This document shows, in pieces, positions 29,463-44,030 of a DNA stretch of 64,000 bases (position 1 is its first letter; every line of letters begins with the position of its first letter). The stretch lies in assembly GCA_951406725.2 (NCBI GenBank), contig OX597832.1:43214001-43278000 (forward strand), read 5' to 3'. Both the position numbers and the translations under genes were made by a program. The stretch is from Octopus vulgaris. Taxonomy: Eukaryota. Under the pieces are notes generated by a model. The model did not search any database and had not been told where the DNA came from. It saw only the letters and a program-made list of their open reading frames with translations.

Positions 29463-30156
29463 CACACACATATATGCCTGTATGTATGCATGTATAAATA
29501 TATACATATGTATACGCATGTGTATATATATATATATATGTATATATATGTATATATATATTTATATATGCACACACACATACATATATATATATATATT
29601 TGTATGTATATATGTGTATATATATACATATATATATATATCAAACCTCTGTTATTCACTATTTAATATCTCTGCTCAGTTCTTTATCGTACCAAGCTCC
29701 ACCGACCATACATAATTCTTCCCATGATGTAATATTACGCAACGCAATGATTTATGGAGCGGGAGAACAGGCATATAGAAGCAGAACAATTTTCTAAAAA
29801 AGAAAAAACACGATCCTTAGAAAACTACAATATGTCCTATTACGTTATTGAATGCGCACCAATATGGAAACTAAAACAGGCATGCACATACACACACATT
29901 TACGTGCACATATAGTTGTGTGTGTGTACAGACATGACTGTGCGGTTAAGAGGCTCGCTTTGCAACCATGTGGTTTCGGGTTCAGTCCCGTAACACGGTC
30001 GTCGACCAAAGTCACACGCAAGGGATTGGTCGGCGAGGTGCTATAACAAAGCACTTTTCCGAGATTCCGTGCGGTAGGACACAACCCAAGACCACGTGGT
30101 AGCAAAGAGACCTGCGTAATTACACAACCAATTTTTTCTTTATCTTTTACAAAAGG

Positions 30157-30725
30157 TTCAAATTCCGCTGAGGTCGACTTAGCCTTTCATACTTTTGGGG
30201 TCGATTAAATAAGCACCAGTTACGCACTGGGGTCGATATGATCGACTTAATCCGTTTGTCTGTCCTTGTGTGTCCTCTCTGTGTTTAACCTCTTGTGGGT
30301 AGTAAAGAAATGGGTATTTCGTCTGTCTTTACGTTCTGAGTTCAAATTCCACCGAGGTCGACTTTGCCTTTCATTCTTTTGGGGCCGATAAATTAAGTAC
30401 CAGTTACTCACTGGAGTTGATGTAATCGACTTAATCCGTTTGTCTGTCTTTGTTTGTCCTCTCTGTGTTTAACCCCTTGTGGGTAGTAAAGAAATAGGTA
30501 TTTCTCCAAGACGTTTACGGCAGAATCGTTATCGAGCCGGAAAAAATGCTGAATGGCATTCCGTCCGTCTTAACGTTTAGAGTTGAAATTCCATCGCGGT
30601 CGACTTTGCCTTTCATCATTTCGGAGTCGATAAAATATGTACTAGTTAATCACTGAAGTCGATGTAATCGACTTACTCCTCCCCCCAGAATTGCTGGCCT
30701 TGTGATAAAATTTGAAACTAATATG
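30157..30725 (+). mobile_element. SINE family A cluster: two tandem body units plus a diverged variant copy
   Basis: ggttcaaattccgctgaggtcgac... units at 30157-30505 joined by aaagaaatgg|gtatttcgtc; variant copy at 30518-30725. Confidence 0.88.
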
Positions 30726-31103
30726 ACTACAATAGCTCTTCTTCTAAAATGGTGGAATAAATAAATATAAAATATTTGTGCCGTCAGCCATTGAATATTT
30801 CTCTCGATATAATGTTTGAGTTGCTTAAAATAAGTGTGTTGCAATGGCTCCTTGATATAAATACATGCAAACCGCAAACGTTAAAATAATATAAACAAAT
30901 GACTTTGAAAAACCTTCGATAAAGATATCATAAGGAACACAACATCAATCTTATGACAACTTGTCTATGAAACGGTAATAATAAACACTGCTGATAACAG
31001 TAATATCTAAATGATAAGGCAGAGAAGGTCTAGAAATAGGGATGGTTGCAGGAAGTTTATGGTTCCAAACAAAATACGAATGAATTTTTTTTAAAGTGTT
31101 AGT

Positions 31104-31199
<96 letters not shown>

Positions 31200-31242
31200 A
31201 TGGAGTTTAACGCAGGTATAAATCAAATACTTTTACTTTCGA

Positions 31243-31315
31243 TACATGTTTCGAAGATTACACTGATATTATTCAAAACAATAAATGGTATAAAACAATG
31301 CAATCTTCTCTTCAG
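31243..31315 (-). ncRNA. Minimal hammerhead motif with 13-bp stem II
   Basis: Minus strand CUGAAGA-GAAGAUUGCAUUG...CAGUGUAAUCUUC-GAAAC-AU-GUA; palindromic ACAUGU; stem I imperfect. Confidence 0.65.
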
Positions 31316-31369
31316 AGAAGTGAAATAACGAAACTTGTCGATAAGGTATTTTAACAAGGGAAAATACAC

Positions 31370-31434
<65 letters not shown>

Positions 31435-32137
31435 CATACATACATACATACATACATACATACATACATACACACATACGTATGCTTGTACGTTTGCATC
31501 ATGTGTGTATTGTATATATTAATTCTTTTTGGGAACGTTAGATCTTGAAGCAGATAAGCTATAAATAATAGCGTGTAAATATTGGGCTAAAAACGCTCTC
31601 GACAGGAAAAGTCATATATATATGCATACATACACACACGCGCATATACACACACTCACATACATACATACTACATACATACATACATACAAACATACAT
31701 ACATACATACATACATACATACATACATACATACATACATACGTATGTGACAATATAACACTGTGCTCAAGATAATTTTGTATACTTCTCCATATAAATT
31801 CATTACATTTACGCTATTGGAATATTACAAACTAGAAAAGCATTCGAAAAGTGCAGACCTCCGCCAAACAGCTCATTTCCACCCATAGACACGCATGCTG
31901 AAAATCGCCCAATTTCCCAAAACAACGCCGGCAAAAACATAACCTCCTTGGCGGGGTTAAAAAAAAAAACACAGCCATATGATTTTTAAGAAAAAACCCT
32001 TTAAAAACAGGTAACATCTGAAGCAGTTATAATACATTAATTGTAAGATAGAAATTTAAATGTAGTAAAATGTTTTAAAAGAAATTTAAAGTGCTGCGTG
32101 ATAACTGTAAACCTACTTTTGGGCCAACCTGTATATA

Positions 32138-32285
32138 TAGGTGCGGGCGTAGCTGTTTCGTAAGAAGCTTGCTTCCCAACCACATGCTTCTGGGTTCAGT
32201 CCCACTGCGTGGTATCTTGGGCAAGTGTCTTCTACTATAGCCTCGGGCCGACCAAAGCCTTGTGAGTGGATTTGGTAGATGAAAA
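32138..32285 (+). mobile_element. SINE family B 5' half
   Basis: gggttcagtcccactgcgtggtatcttgggcaagtgtcttctactatagcctcgggccgacc. Confidence 0.85.
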
Positions 32286-33272
32286 CGATATTGATCTTCC
32301 GTGAAATAATGGGGAATCCTAATCAGGCGAAAATAAGAAAACCGTTGCGGATATAAAGAAAATGTATTAAAAATGTATTAAAAAAACTTTGAAAAACTCA
32401 AGTCTTCAGAATTATGAAACCATGTAAAACTTTTATTATTCACCAATAACAAAAAAGAACAAGATCTGATTCTCTTGTTCCACATCTCAAATACACACAT
32501 GATCACAGAAATATCCATGAATACCGTAGTACAGACACATAATAGTATAACGATTCATACAGATATATCGTTGTATTTAACAGTAGGAAAACAAAGACAA
32601 GCCAAGCCAATTGCTACAAATATTTATAGGAAGAACGCACAGAATGCGTAAAAGAAAATTTAATGAAATTTCGTAAAGAAAATGGCTACCATTAATAAAA
32701 ATAAATGACAGATTAATATTTTTTTTTTTTTTTTTGTAATCTAAACCAATCAGATCCATCCATTCCCGACATACCGCGACGATGTTATGGAAAGTGCTAT
32801 GTTTTTATTTTGTGCTTAGTTTTTGTTTTTGTTTATGTTTTTGTTTTTGTTACGAAAATGACAAATTATTTGTTAAGAAACTATAATAAAATCGCCGAAA
32901 AAATATTTTCAAATCAAAATATTTGATAAAAGAAAACCACGAATTAACATTTGCAATAAAATTTTACAATGCATTGCCAACCTTAATGGTAACTCTAATC
33001 TCTAATCTCCAAACCCCATTCTTATATCCATACGAGGGCTTCTCACGGGTAGCTGAATAACTTTCAGCATATCAATCGAAATGGATTTCAATACATAACA
33101 AGTAAGGACATGTTTCGCTTCTATCAGACCTTATCATCTCAGCAACGGTTCCTCAGACTTGCTTTCATCAGTGGGCCAAAAATTATTACAAGTTAAATCA
33201 TAGTTGCAAAAATGCTTTTGGCCCTTAACCCACAGTATTAAGAACGTTTTGCGAACGTTATTCAGTACATCG

Positions 33273-33551
33273 GTACTCTTTTACTCTTTTACTAAGTGAC
33301 GGGGACGTAAACACACCAGTATCGGTTGTCAAGCAATACTAGTGGGACAAACACAGACACACAAACTTATATATATATACATATATACGACAGGCTTCTT
33401 TCAGTTTCCGTCTACCAAATCCACTCACAAGGCATTGGTCGGCCCGGGGCTATAGCAGAAGACACTTGCCCAAGATGCCACGCAGTGGGACTGAACCCGG
33501 AACCATGTGGTTGGTTAGCAAGCTACTTACCACACAGCCACTCCTGCGCCT
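33273..33551 (-). mobile_element. SINE family B with internal deletion
   Basis: Head and body match the family; the tail (tactctttt repeats) is joined directly to the ggggacgtaaac segment. Confidence 0.88.
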
Positions 33552-34834
33552 AACTGAATTATCTCAAATCTCCTTCTGTTAACCCACGTGAGTTACTTCC
33601 CTACTGAACTCATTTCTTGCACTTATGCAAATCATGCTGGCCCCTAAATCTTTACAAATCTTTACAATTAATCCAGTAGCTAAATTTTAAAAAAAACACT
33701 ATCACAAATATAACAATGGGAAAGATATTTATTTTTTAACTTTTATATTTATTTATTATTTTATTTGTTATTTATTTATGCATTTTAAATATTTTCTTGA
33801 TTTTCTTTTATTTTTTTAAATATTGTATATTCCTGAATAATAGCGGGAAAAGGAAAGCATAAAAGAAGCAAAACAACATTTTTCGAACAATTCTTGGATT
33901 TCTAGAATTTTTCCAATGTATCCCATTTGTTGAGTGTCCCATCAATAACATATTATGTATCAGATAATGGCACAGGGGAGAGAGGGGCGACTGGGGGCTG
34001 GGAGCTGGTAATGTCAATGGTGGTAGAGGTGGAGATGGTGACGGTGGTGAAGGTGGTGGTGATGGTGGTGGCGATGACAGTAGTGTTAATAGTGATGGTG
34101 CTATTGTTGGTGGTGGTAGTGATTGTGGTTTTGGTAGTGGTAGCGGTGGTAGTGGTGGTGGTGGTGGTGGTGGTGGCGGTGATGGTGGATGTGTTGGCGG
34201 GGGAGTTGGTCGTGGAGACGAAGGCGGAGATTGTGGTGGTGGATATATAGCAGTGGTGACCGTAGTTGTGATGGTGGTGGTGGTCGTCGTCGTCGTCCCG
34301 TCGTGATGGTAGTAGCAGTGGTAGTGGTTGTAGTAGTAGTTGTGGTGAGGAGAATAGTTATTGGAGTCGTACTAATAGTAGTAGTAGTAGTAGTAATAGT
34401 AGTAGTAGTGGTGAGGTGGCATAAATGTGGTGGCGGTGGAGGTGGTATAGGTGGTGGTAGTGGGGGTAGTGGTGATGGTGGTGGTGGTGGTGGTCGTGGT
34501 GGTGGTGGTGGTAGTGGTGGGTGGTGGTGGTCGTCGTCGTCATCGTCGTCGTCGTCGTCGTGGTGATGCAGTTATTACTCGTTGTATTCATGTTGCTGGG
34601 GCTAGCAGTGGCCATACCTTAGTGATGGTTCTGTTGATGGTGGGGACGGTGTTGATGGAGGGTGAAGAAATTGATGAGGGAAGGGAGAGGATGCGCAGAG
34701 GAGAGAAGAGAAAGGAGGCGGTGAACGGAGGATGGACGAGGTGGGAGGTGATTTTGGAAAGGGAACGGAGAAGTGTGAGTGGAGGTGGGAAGAAGAAGGA
34801 AGGTGAGGCAAGAGCAGAATGAAGAGAAAGAGAA

Positions 34835-35225
34835 CGAAGAAGAAGAAGAAGAAGAAGAAGAAGAAGAAGAAGAAGAAGAAGAAGAAGAAGAAGAAGAAGA
34901 AGAAGAAGAAATCCCTAAAATTACAAAAACAAAAAGAAAAAGACGTTGAAGCAAAGAGAAAAATTGAATAAAAATATGAAAAATGAACGAGAGAGTGAGG
35001 AAAAAAAGAGAAAGAGAATAAAAGTGAAAATATAAAAGCGAAAGAGAGAAAAGAAGAAAAAAGAAAGAAAGAAAGATAGATATAAAGAAAGAAAGAAAGA
35101 AAGAAAAAAAGAAGGAAAGAAAGAAAGAAAGAACGAAAGAAAGAAAGGAAGAAAGAAAGGAAGAAGGAAAGGAAGAAAGGAAGAAAGAAAGAAAGGAAGA
35201 AAGAAAGGAAGAAGGAAGGAAGGAA
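34835..35225. repeat. (GAA)n/(GAAA)n polypurine tract
   Basis: Direct reading. Confidence 0.92.
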
Positions 35226-35309
35226 ACAGACAAGACACAAAGACACAAAAGGCCTCCATTGCCATATGACGTCATTAATGGTTCCTGTATAAATAATACT
35301 GATTCTCAC

Positions 35310-35364
<55 letters not shown>

Positions 35365-35654
35365 GTCTTCTTCTTCTTCTGCCTCCTCTTCCTTTAGTGA
35401 CACCGCTGTTGTTATTTTTCTTTGCTGTTGCTAATGTTTATTTGTTATGTTTTGCTCAAAAGTTACACGTGTGGCGCAATCGTTGTCAATGTTGCTATAA
35501 CAGTTGTCGTCTGTCTGTCATTGTTGTCGACGTCGTCATCGACGGCGCCGTTGCTATTGTTGTTGTTCTTCTTCTTCTTCTTTTTGACAATGTTATCATT
35601 ATTATTGTAATTGTTACTATTGTCGTTGTCGTTCTTGGTATTCAAGTGATCGTT

Positions 35655-35934
35655 AAGGAGGCGAGCTGGCAGAATCGTTAGCACACCGGGCGAAATATTT
35701 AGCGGTATTTCGTCTGCCGTTATGTTCTGAGTTCAAATTCCGCCAAGGTCGACTTTGCCTTTCATCCTTTCGGGGTCGATTAAATAAGTACCAGTTACGC
35801 ACTGGGGTCGATGTAATTGACTTATTCCGTTTGTCTGTCCTTGTTTGTTCTCTCTATGTGTAGCCCCTTGTGGGTAGTAAAGAAATAGGTATTTCGTCTG
35901 CCGTTACGTTCTGAGTTCAAATTCCGCTGAGGTC
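35655..35934 (+). mobile_element. SINE family A, full unit plus start of a second unit
   Basis: GGCGAGCTGGCAGAATCGTTAGC head, B box and body; junction aaagaaatag|gtatttcgtctg; cut off by (CTT)n. Confidence 0.9.
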
Positions 35935-36224
35935 TTCTTCTTCTTCTTCTTCTTCTTCCAATCAGGACTCACGCCATCAGCCACAAAGAACAATCTCTAA
36001 TTCGAGCCTACTCTAAGCTACTAAGAGTGCGTGTGGCAACTTGAAGATCCACCCACCACACGCGATAAACTGGCGGTTGCACGGGCGCGAAAGCTACGTT
36101 GTTATCCTCATTCCGTAAACGTTGGCTTCTAACGGGTGGAGAGCTGAACCATCCTGGGGTACAGAGGATTCGCAATCTAGACTAGAGTCTGAAAGTTTAC
36201 CACACCATAGTGGTAAGTATGTAG

Positions 36225-36385
36225 GAAAAAAAGAGTGAAAGAAAGTTGTGGCGAAAGAGTACAGCGGGGTTCACCACCACCCCCTGCCGGAGCCTCGAGG
36301 AACTTTAGGTGTTTTCGCTAAATAAACACACACAACGTCCGGTCTGGGAATCGAAACCGCGATCCTCCGACCGCGAACCCGCTCC
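36225..36385 (-). mobile_element. tRNA-derived SINE family C fragment
   Basis: aaagttgtggcgaaagagtacagc...ggaatcgaaaccgcgatcctccgacc matches 46952-47253 and 49024-49245. Confidence 0.85.
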
Positions 36386-36952
36386 CCACTTGCTGCTGGT
36401 GTTGCTAACATTGTTATCACACTTCTGGTTTTCTTACTGCTGTCATTATTCTCATCATCGTCTTTATTGCGAATGTCGTTGCTTTCGGTGTTTCTGTTCT
36501 GGTTGCTATTCTTACCGTTCTTGTTATCCCTGATATCATTATTGTTTTTTCTTGTTTACGCAATTCCTGCTGCCGTTGTCGCTTTTGTTGTTGTTATTGC
36601 CAGTTCTCCATGGCCTTTATTATCAATAATTCATTTAGTTTAACGACTCCCAATATATGTTATTTCGTTTCATATATTCAACTGTTTCTAACATTTTCTA
36701 TTACAATTGTTATTGATCATATTCTTCTGGTTCTTATTGCTGTTATTTTTACTACGTATCTTTATATATTATTTATTTAGGTACTTTTTGTGAGTATTTG
36801 AATGTCACCCTGCAATGCTTGGCACAAGTACCTTATATATTCTCTTAAAATTATATATATACACACATATATATACATATATAATACTATATTTGTTCCA
36901 CGTCCTCTCATTGTTGTGTTTTCTCTTTGTGTTTTCATGTTTGGATTAACTT

Positions 36953-37029
<77 letters not shown>

Positions 37030-37088
37030 AGATACAGATATAAATATAGATTTGCATACATACATACATACATACATACATACATACA

Positions 37089-37123
<35 letters not shown>

Positions 37124-37126
37124 GTG

Positions 37127-37493
37127 TAGGAACGGGAGTGGCTGTGTGGTAGGAAATTTGCTTCCCAACCACATGGTTCTGGGCTCAGTCCCACAGCGTG
37201 ACACCTTGGGCAAGTGTCTTCTACTATAGCCTCGGGCCGACCAGAGCCTTGTGAGTGGATTTGGTAGACGGAAACTGAAATATATATACTTCTGTGTGTG
37301 TATCTGAGTTTGTCCCCCACACCATCGCTCGACAACCGATGTTGGTGTGTTTACGTCCCCGTAAATAGGCGGTTTGGCAGAAGAGACCCACAGAATAAGT
37401 ACTAGGTTTACAAAGAATAAATCTTGAGGTCGATTTGTTCAGCTAAAGGCGGTGCTCCTGCAAGGTCGCAGTCAAATCACTGAAACAAGTAAA
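37127..37493 (+). mobile_element. SINE family B (CORE-like), full length
   Basis: Matches 47461-47857. Confidence 0.9.
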
Positions 37494-37554
37494 ATAAATT
37501 TTAAAAAATACACATACATCCATACATACATAGATGTGTATGCATATATGTACT

Positions 37555-37708
37555 TCTCCTTGTTTCTCTCCTTGTTTTCTGTGTCCCTTTCTGTAGAAGA
37601 GCGTAGGCTCGAAACGTAAAAGACTTTTTCTATATCTGAGCGTTATACTAATACATTTGTTTGTTTTGTACACCACCTGTCTTCGTCTTTTGTTTTTTTC
37701 GTAAACTC

Positions 37709-37712
<4 letters not shown>
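37555..37712 (+). mobile_element. Penelope pLTR-like fragment with variant minimal hammerhead
   Basis: CTGTAGAAGAGCGTAGGCTCGAAACGTAA at 37591-37619; ends at (TA)n. Confidence 0.7.
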
Positions 37713-37791
<79 letters not shown>

Positions 37792-37792
37792 G

Positions 37793-37860
<68 letters not shown>

Positions 37861-38184
37861 TATATGTATATATACACACACACATCATTTCACGTTGCTT
37901 TGCGATCACTGCAGCACTTGAGGTGTAGTATACCGCGTACCTGTTCAAGAAAGTTCGATGCGATGGAGCGTATGAGCTAATTAATATACAGCATGTACAT
38001 TTAACTATTATAAACAAACCATTTATGAAGGTTGATCAACGAAAATTTGCAGGACTGTCTTTCTCGGACTACGAGAGATTACCATCCAGACAAGTGCACT
38101 ACATATATAGTTATGTACCCGTATATGTATATATACTTGCATATCAGTATACATATACATGAATTATACAAGTGTATGTATGTA

Positions 38185-38215
<31 letters not shown>

Positions 38216-38218
38216 GTC

Positions 38219-38250
<32 letters not shown>

Positions 38251-38307
38251 TGCACATATGTATATATAGATGTATGTATTATGCAGAGGCATTGTTAGCA
38301 CCAACAT

Positions 38308-38352
<45 letters not shown>

Positions 38353-38817
38353 TATCATCATCATCATTACCGTCCGTCATCATCAACATTTGCTACATCA
38401 ACTAAGCATACTAACAAAATTGCAGAGCAGAAGACATTGTAGAAAATGCGCTCGCACACACACTCACACACACACACAGACACAGACACACACACAGAGG
38501 AGACAAAGACAGAAACAGAGAGAGAGAGTGAGAGAGACAAACAGACAGACAGAAAGGGATTCTGATACCACATGTTAAGTCCTACTCGTGTGTGAAATAT
38601 GTCAAATCTACCACTGTACAAAACTCACACATTCGACACACACCCATAGACACACAGACACACAGGCTCATGCACACACACACATACACACACGCACAAT
38701 CGCATCTGCAAGTGTTTCTACAAAGTTAGTCATTGTTTTCATGTCTTCTATGCAATACGAAACAGACCAGAAAACATGGTGGTAAGATGAGCGCTTGTCG
38801 CCCTCTCCCTTTCTCCT

Positions 38818-38819
<2 letters not shown>

Positions 38820-38911
<92 letters not shown>

Positions 38912-38997
38912 TGTATATACATACATATATACATACATACACGCACATACATACATATATACATACATACATATATACATATATACATATATACACA

Positions 38998-39065
<68 letters not shown>

Positions 39066-40329
39066 CATACATATATACATACATACACGCACATACATAC
39101 ATATATACATACACACATACATATATACATATATACACACTCATACATACATACATATCTATCCATAAATACATACACACATACAAGCACATGTACATAC
39201 ATTCACCCACAAACATACATATATACATACACATACATACATGCATACATATATACATACGCACACATACACATACATACATACATACATTCACACACAC
39301 ATAAATGCATACATATATACATATACACATATACATACACACACACATACATACATACATACATACATACCTACATACATACATACATACATACCTACAT
39401 ACATACATACATACATACCTACATACATACATACATACATACATACATTCATACATACATACATACATACATACATACATACATACATACATACATACAT
39501 ACACACATACATACACACATACATACATACATACCTACATACATACATACATACATACATACATACATTCATACATACATACATACATACATACATACAT
39601 ACATACATACATACATACATACATACATACATACATACATTCATACATACATACATACATACATACACACACACATAAATGCATACATATATACATATAT
39701 ACACACTCATACATACATACATATCTATCCATAAATACATACACACATACAAGCACATGTACATACATTCACCCACATACATACATATATACATACACAT
39801 ACATACATACATACACACACACATAAATGCATACATATATACATATACACATATACATACACACATACATACATACACACACACACACATACATACATAC
39901 ATACATACCTACATACATACATACATACATACCTACATACATACATACATACATACCTACATACATACATACATACATACATACATACATACATTCATAC
40001 ATACATACATACATACATTCATACATACATACATACATACATACATACACACATACATACACACATACATACATACATACCTACATACATACATACATAC
40101 ATACATACATACATACATACATACATACATTCATACATACATTCATACATACCTACATACATACATACATACATACATTCATACATACATACATACATAC
40201 ATACACACATACATACATACATACCTACATACATACATACATACATACATACATACATACATTCATACATACCTACATACATACATGCATACATACATTC
40301 ATACATACATACATACATACATACATACA

Positions 40330-40363
<34 letters not shown>

Positions 40364-40375
40364 CACACATATATA
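38820..40375. repeat. Long compound (CATA)n/(TA)n array with internal ~520-570 bp duplications
   Basis: Marker atatctatccataaatacatacacacatacaagcacatg at ~39155 and ~39721; marker cataaatgcatac at ~39300, 39675 and 39823. Confidence 0.93.
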
Positions 40376-40651
40376 ATATTGCACATACATACATGTACTC
40401 TTATATAGATTAGACATATACATTGCATATATCAAACACACATACACTACGACCTAGCTCCCCCCCTCTCTCTCTCTCCCTTTGTATCGCCCCTAATTAT
40501 CTCCTGGTCCCCTCGTTCTCTTGCGTGCTTCACTTGTCCGCCTATTTTTCCTTAATAACCTGTCCCCTCATCCGCTCGTTCTGTTTCTGTTTTTCGTCTT
40601 ATTCTTACTGTTTTTCTTCTATTTCATTTTTATAACTCTACTTGTTAACGA

Positions 40652-40905
40652 TATGTATGTATGTATGTATGTATGTATTTATGTATGTATGTATGTATGT
40701 ATGTATGTATGTATGTATACATGCATGTATGTATGTGTGTATGTATGTATGTATGTATGTATGTATGTATGTATGTATGTGTGTGTGTATGTGTGTGTGT
40801 ATGTATGTATGTATGTATGTATGTATGTATGTATGTATGTATGTATGTGTGTGTGTATGTATGTATGTATGTATGTATGTATGTATGTATGTATGTATGT
40901 ATGCA
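40652..40905. repeat. (TATG)n microsatellite, inverted relative to the upstream (CATA)n
   Basis: Direct reading. Confidence 0.95.
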
Positions 40906-41146
40906 TGAATGTATGCATTATGAATATGTGTGTACATATTTCTGTATTAAGATCAACGAGTATTCTTCGTTGAGATGAAAGTTGAAACAACTGGCTATGT
41001 TCTGAAGAAATATTATACCGAATATACACGAATCTGTCTTTAACCTTTTAATTTTTTTATTCCATTTCAAAATGTCCATTGACCGGAATTCTTTCTGTAT
41101 CCTTCTTTCTCTTTCTTTCTTTCTTTCTCTCTTTCATTCTCTCATT

Positions 41147-41206
<60 letters not shown>

Positions 41207-41495
41207 TCATGCATATATTTTATTTTATTTTTTTTATTTATCTAGTTTCAGCTCACAAGCTGTGGCCATGCTGGGGTACCGATATATATATATATATATA
41301 TATATTGCATTTGCGTATGCACCAAGTTTTCCCTCTCCTCGTCAGCGACGCTTACAAGTTTTCAAGGGGAAAAGGCAAAGGGCGACAACAAATACAAAAT
41401 GTCAAAGGCTGGAAGGATTGATTGACTCTATGCAATTGCTTTCAACGCTCTTATTCCGTAATTCCACAGTTCATGACTGGTAAGTATTCACGAGT

Positions 41496-42210
41496 AAGAA
41501 GAAGAAGAAGAATGAGGAGGGGAAGAAGAAGAAGAAGAAGAAGAAGAAGAAGAAGAAGAAGAAGAAGAAGAAGAAGAAGAAGAAGAAGAAGAAGAAGAAG
41601 AAGAAGAAGACGAAGAAGAAGAAGACGAAGAAGAAGAAGAAGAAGAAGAAGAAGGAGGAGGAGGAGGAGGAGGAGGAGGAGGAGGAGGAAGCAGAAGAAG
41701 AAGAAGAAGAAGAAGAAGAAGAAGAAGAAGAAACAGAAGAAGAAGAAGATGAAGTGAACAAGAACAAGAACAAGAAGACGAAGTGAAGAAGAAGAAGAAG
41801 AAGAAGAAGAAGAAGAAGAAGAAGAAGAAGAAGAAGAAGATGAAGTGAAGAAGAACAAGAAGAAGATTAAGTGAAGAAGAACAAGAAGAACAAGAACAAG
41901 AAGTTAAGAAGAAGAAGTTAAGAATAAGAATAAGAAGAAGAAGAAGAAGAAGACGAAGAAGAAGAAGAAGAAGAAGAAGAAGAAGAAGAAGATGAAGTGA
42001 AGAAGAACAAGAAGAAGATTAAGTGAAGAAGAACAAGAAGAACAAGAACAAGAAGTTAAGAAGAAGAAGTTAAGAATAAGAATAAGAAGAAGAAGAAGAA
42101 GAAGAAGAAGACGAAGAAGAAGAAGAAGAAGAAGAAGAAGAAGAAATGAAGAAGAAGAACAAGAAGAAGAAGAACAACAACAACGACAACAACAAGGAGG
42201 AGGAGGAGGG
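41496..42210. repeat. (GAA)n polypurine tract with ~153-bp higher-order duplication
   Basis: gatgaagtgaagaagaacaagaagaagattaagtg... at ~41838 and ~41991. Confidence 0.93.
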
Positions 42211-42814
42211 GGATTTTTGGTGGGTAGATGTAACGTTAACAACAATACGACTAAAAGTCAAGCGAAATCAGGTCATCCCGCCCCAGACTCGAGCAGATTC
42301 AAAACTGAAGATTAAATGAGAATGTGTGAGGGGGGAGGAGGGTGACGGAGGAGGAGGAGAAGAAGAATATAACGAAACTCCCTCCAAGCAGTATATACAT
42401 ACATATATATATATATATATATAGCCTGTCCTAAATATATGCACGCAACATTCCACCAGCTCCCACGACATACTGTTTCTTTTAGCATATACACTCCCTA
42501 CATTCGAATACGCGAATGTCACTGTTGTTAGCAGATACACACGCTCACGCAATTGTGTGCACACACGCATATGCATGGTGCTTGCTTGTATGCAAATAAG
42601 ATTTTATTGAATGACGACAAATGCATTCGTTTACAACAAGCGCGAATGCACAGAAATGTATTTAGTTGCGCGTGGCAGACACACAGACAAAACGCGTACG
42701 CTCGAAACACACGCATGTGTATGTATATGTATATGTTGGGAGAAGATATGTATGTGAGCGTAAGAGTGGTCTTTTTTCTAAATATAAAAAGGTGTATATA
42801 TATATATATATACT

Positions 42815-42874
<60 letters not shown>

Positions 42875-42946
42875 AAGAGGAGAAATTTGAGATACATACA
42901 TGTACACATGCCAGTGTGAATATATAAATGTATATGCGTATATGCG

Positions 42947-43089
<143 letters not shown>

Positions 43090-43192
43090 TGTGTGTATGT
43101 GTGTGTGTATATGTACACATACATATATGCAGTGAGAGGAAGGAAGAGAAAACAAAAGAGAGTGAGAGAAATGTATACATATATATATTATA

Positions 43193-43330
<138 letters not shown>

Positions 43331-43345
43331 TAGATAAATAGATAG

Positions 43346-43709
43346 ATAATATTTGTAAACAAACCCAAAAGAATTTTGTAAGTTACGGAGAGAAAGCTAC
43401 TATGGAAGACTCATAGTATAATAATAATTCTACAGTAATATATCATAATAATATTTTATTCTTCGATTTCAAACGACATTTTTTAAATCCAAACAAATTA
43501 CTGAAAATGATAATCTAACTCACAAATCGACGCTAACATGGCTCCTTGCGCATCCGATATGGCCAAACGCTCGCCCATCAGTTCCAGCCAAATTTAGTTA
43601 ATGTATATTTAAACTGTCTAATACTACATAATATTTGTAAACAAATCCGAAAGGCTCTGTAAGTTACGGAGAGAAGGCTACTGTGACAGACTCATAGTAT
43701 AATAATAAC
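43346..43709. repeat. ~82-bp direct repeat with 282-bp period
   Basis: ataatatttgtaaacaaa...gtaagttacggagagaa.gctact...gactcatagtataataataa at 43346-43428 and 43628-43709. Confidence 0.85.
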
Positions 43710-43779
43710 TTCAAATCGGAGAATAAAATATTATGATGATATATTATTATACACTTGTTATATATACATACATGCATAC

Positions 43780-43833
<54 letters not shown>

Positions 43834-43842
43834 ATATATATA

Positions 43843-44030
43843 TAAAGTTAATCCAAACATGAAAACACAAAGAGAAAACACAACAACGCGAGGACGTTGA
43901 ACAAGTGTAATTGGACGCTCAGGAAAGGAAAGAAAGAAGGAGGATTTAACGTTTCGAGCGGAGCTCTTCATCAGAAACATAGGAATAACAAAGATCCAAG
44001 GACGGGAAGACGGAGGAAAAAATCGCCAAC
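43843..44030 (-). mobile_element. Penelope pLTR-like fragment with canonical minimal hammerhead core
   Basis: Minus strand CTGATGA-AGAGC-TCC-GCTC-GAAAC-GTT at 43948-43974; its 3' end matches the fragment at 36890-36953; ends at (TA)n. Confidence 0.7.

Noticed and set aside
33107-33171. CUGAUGA...GAAACAUGUC on the minus strand
   Set aside because: Neither stem I nor stem II pairs convincingly.
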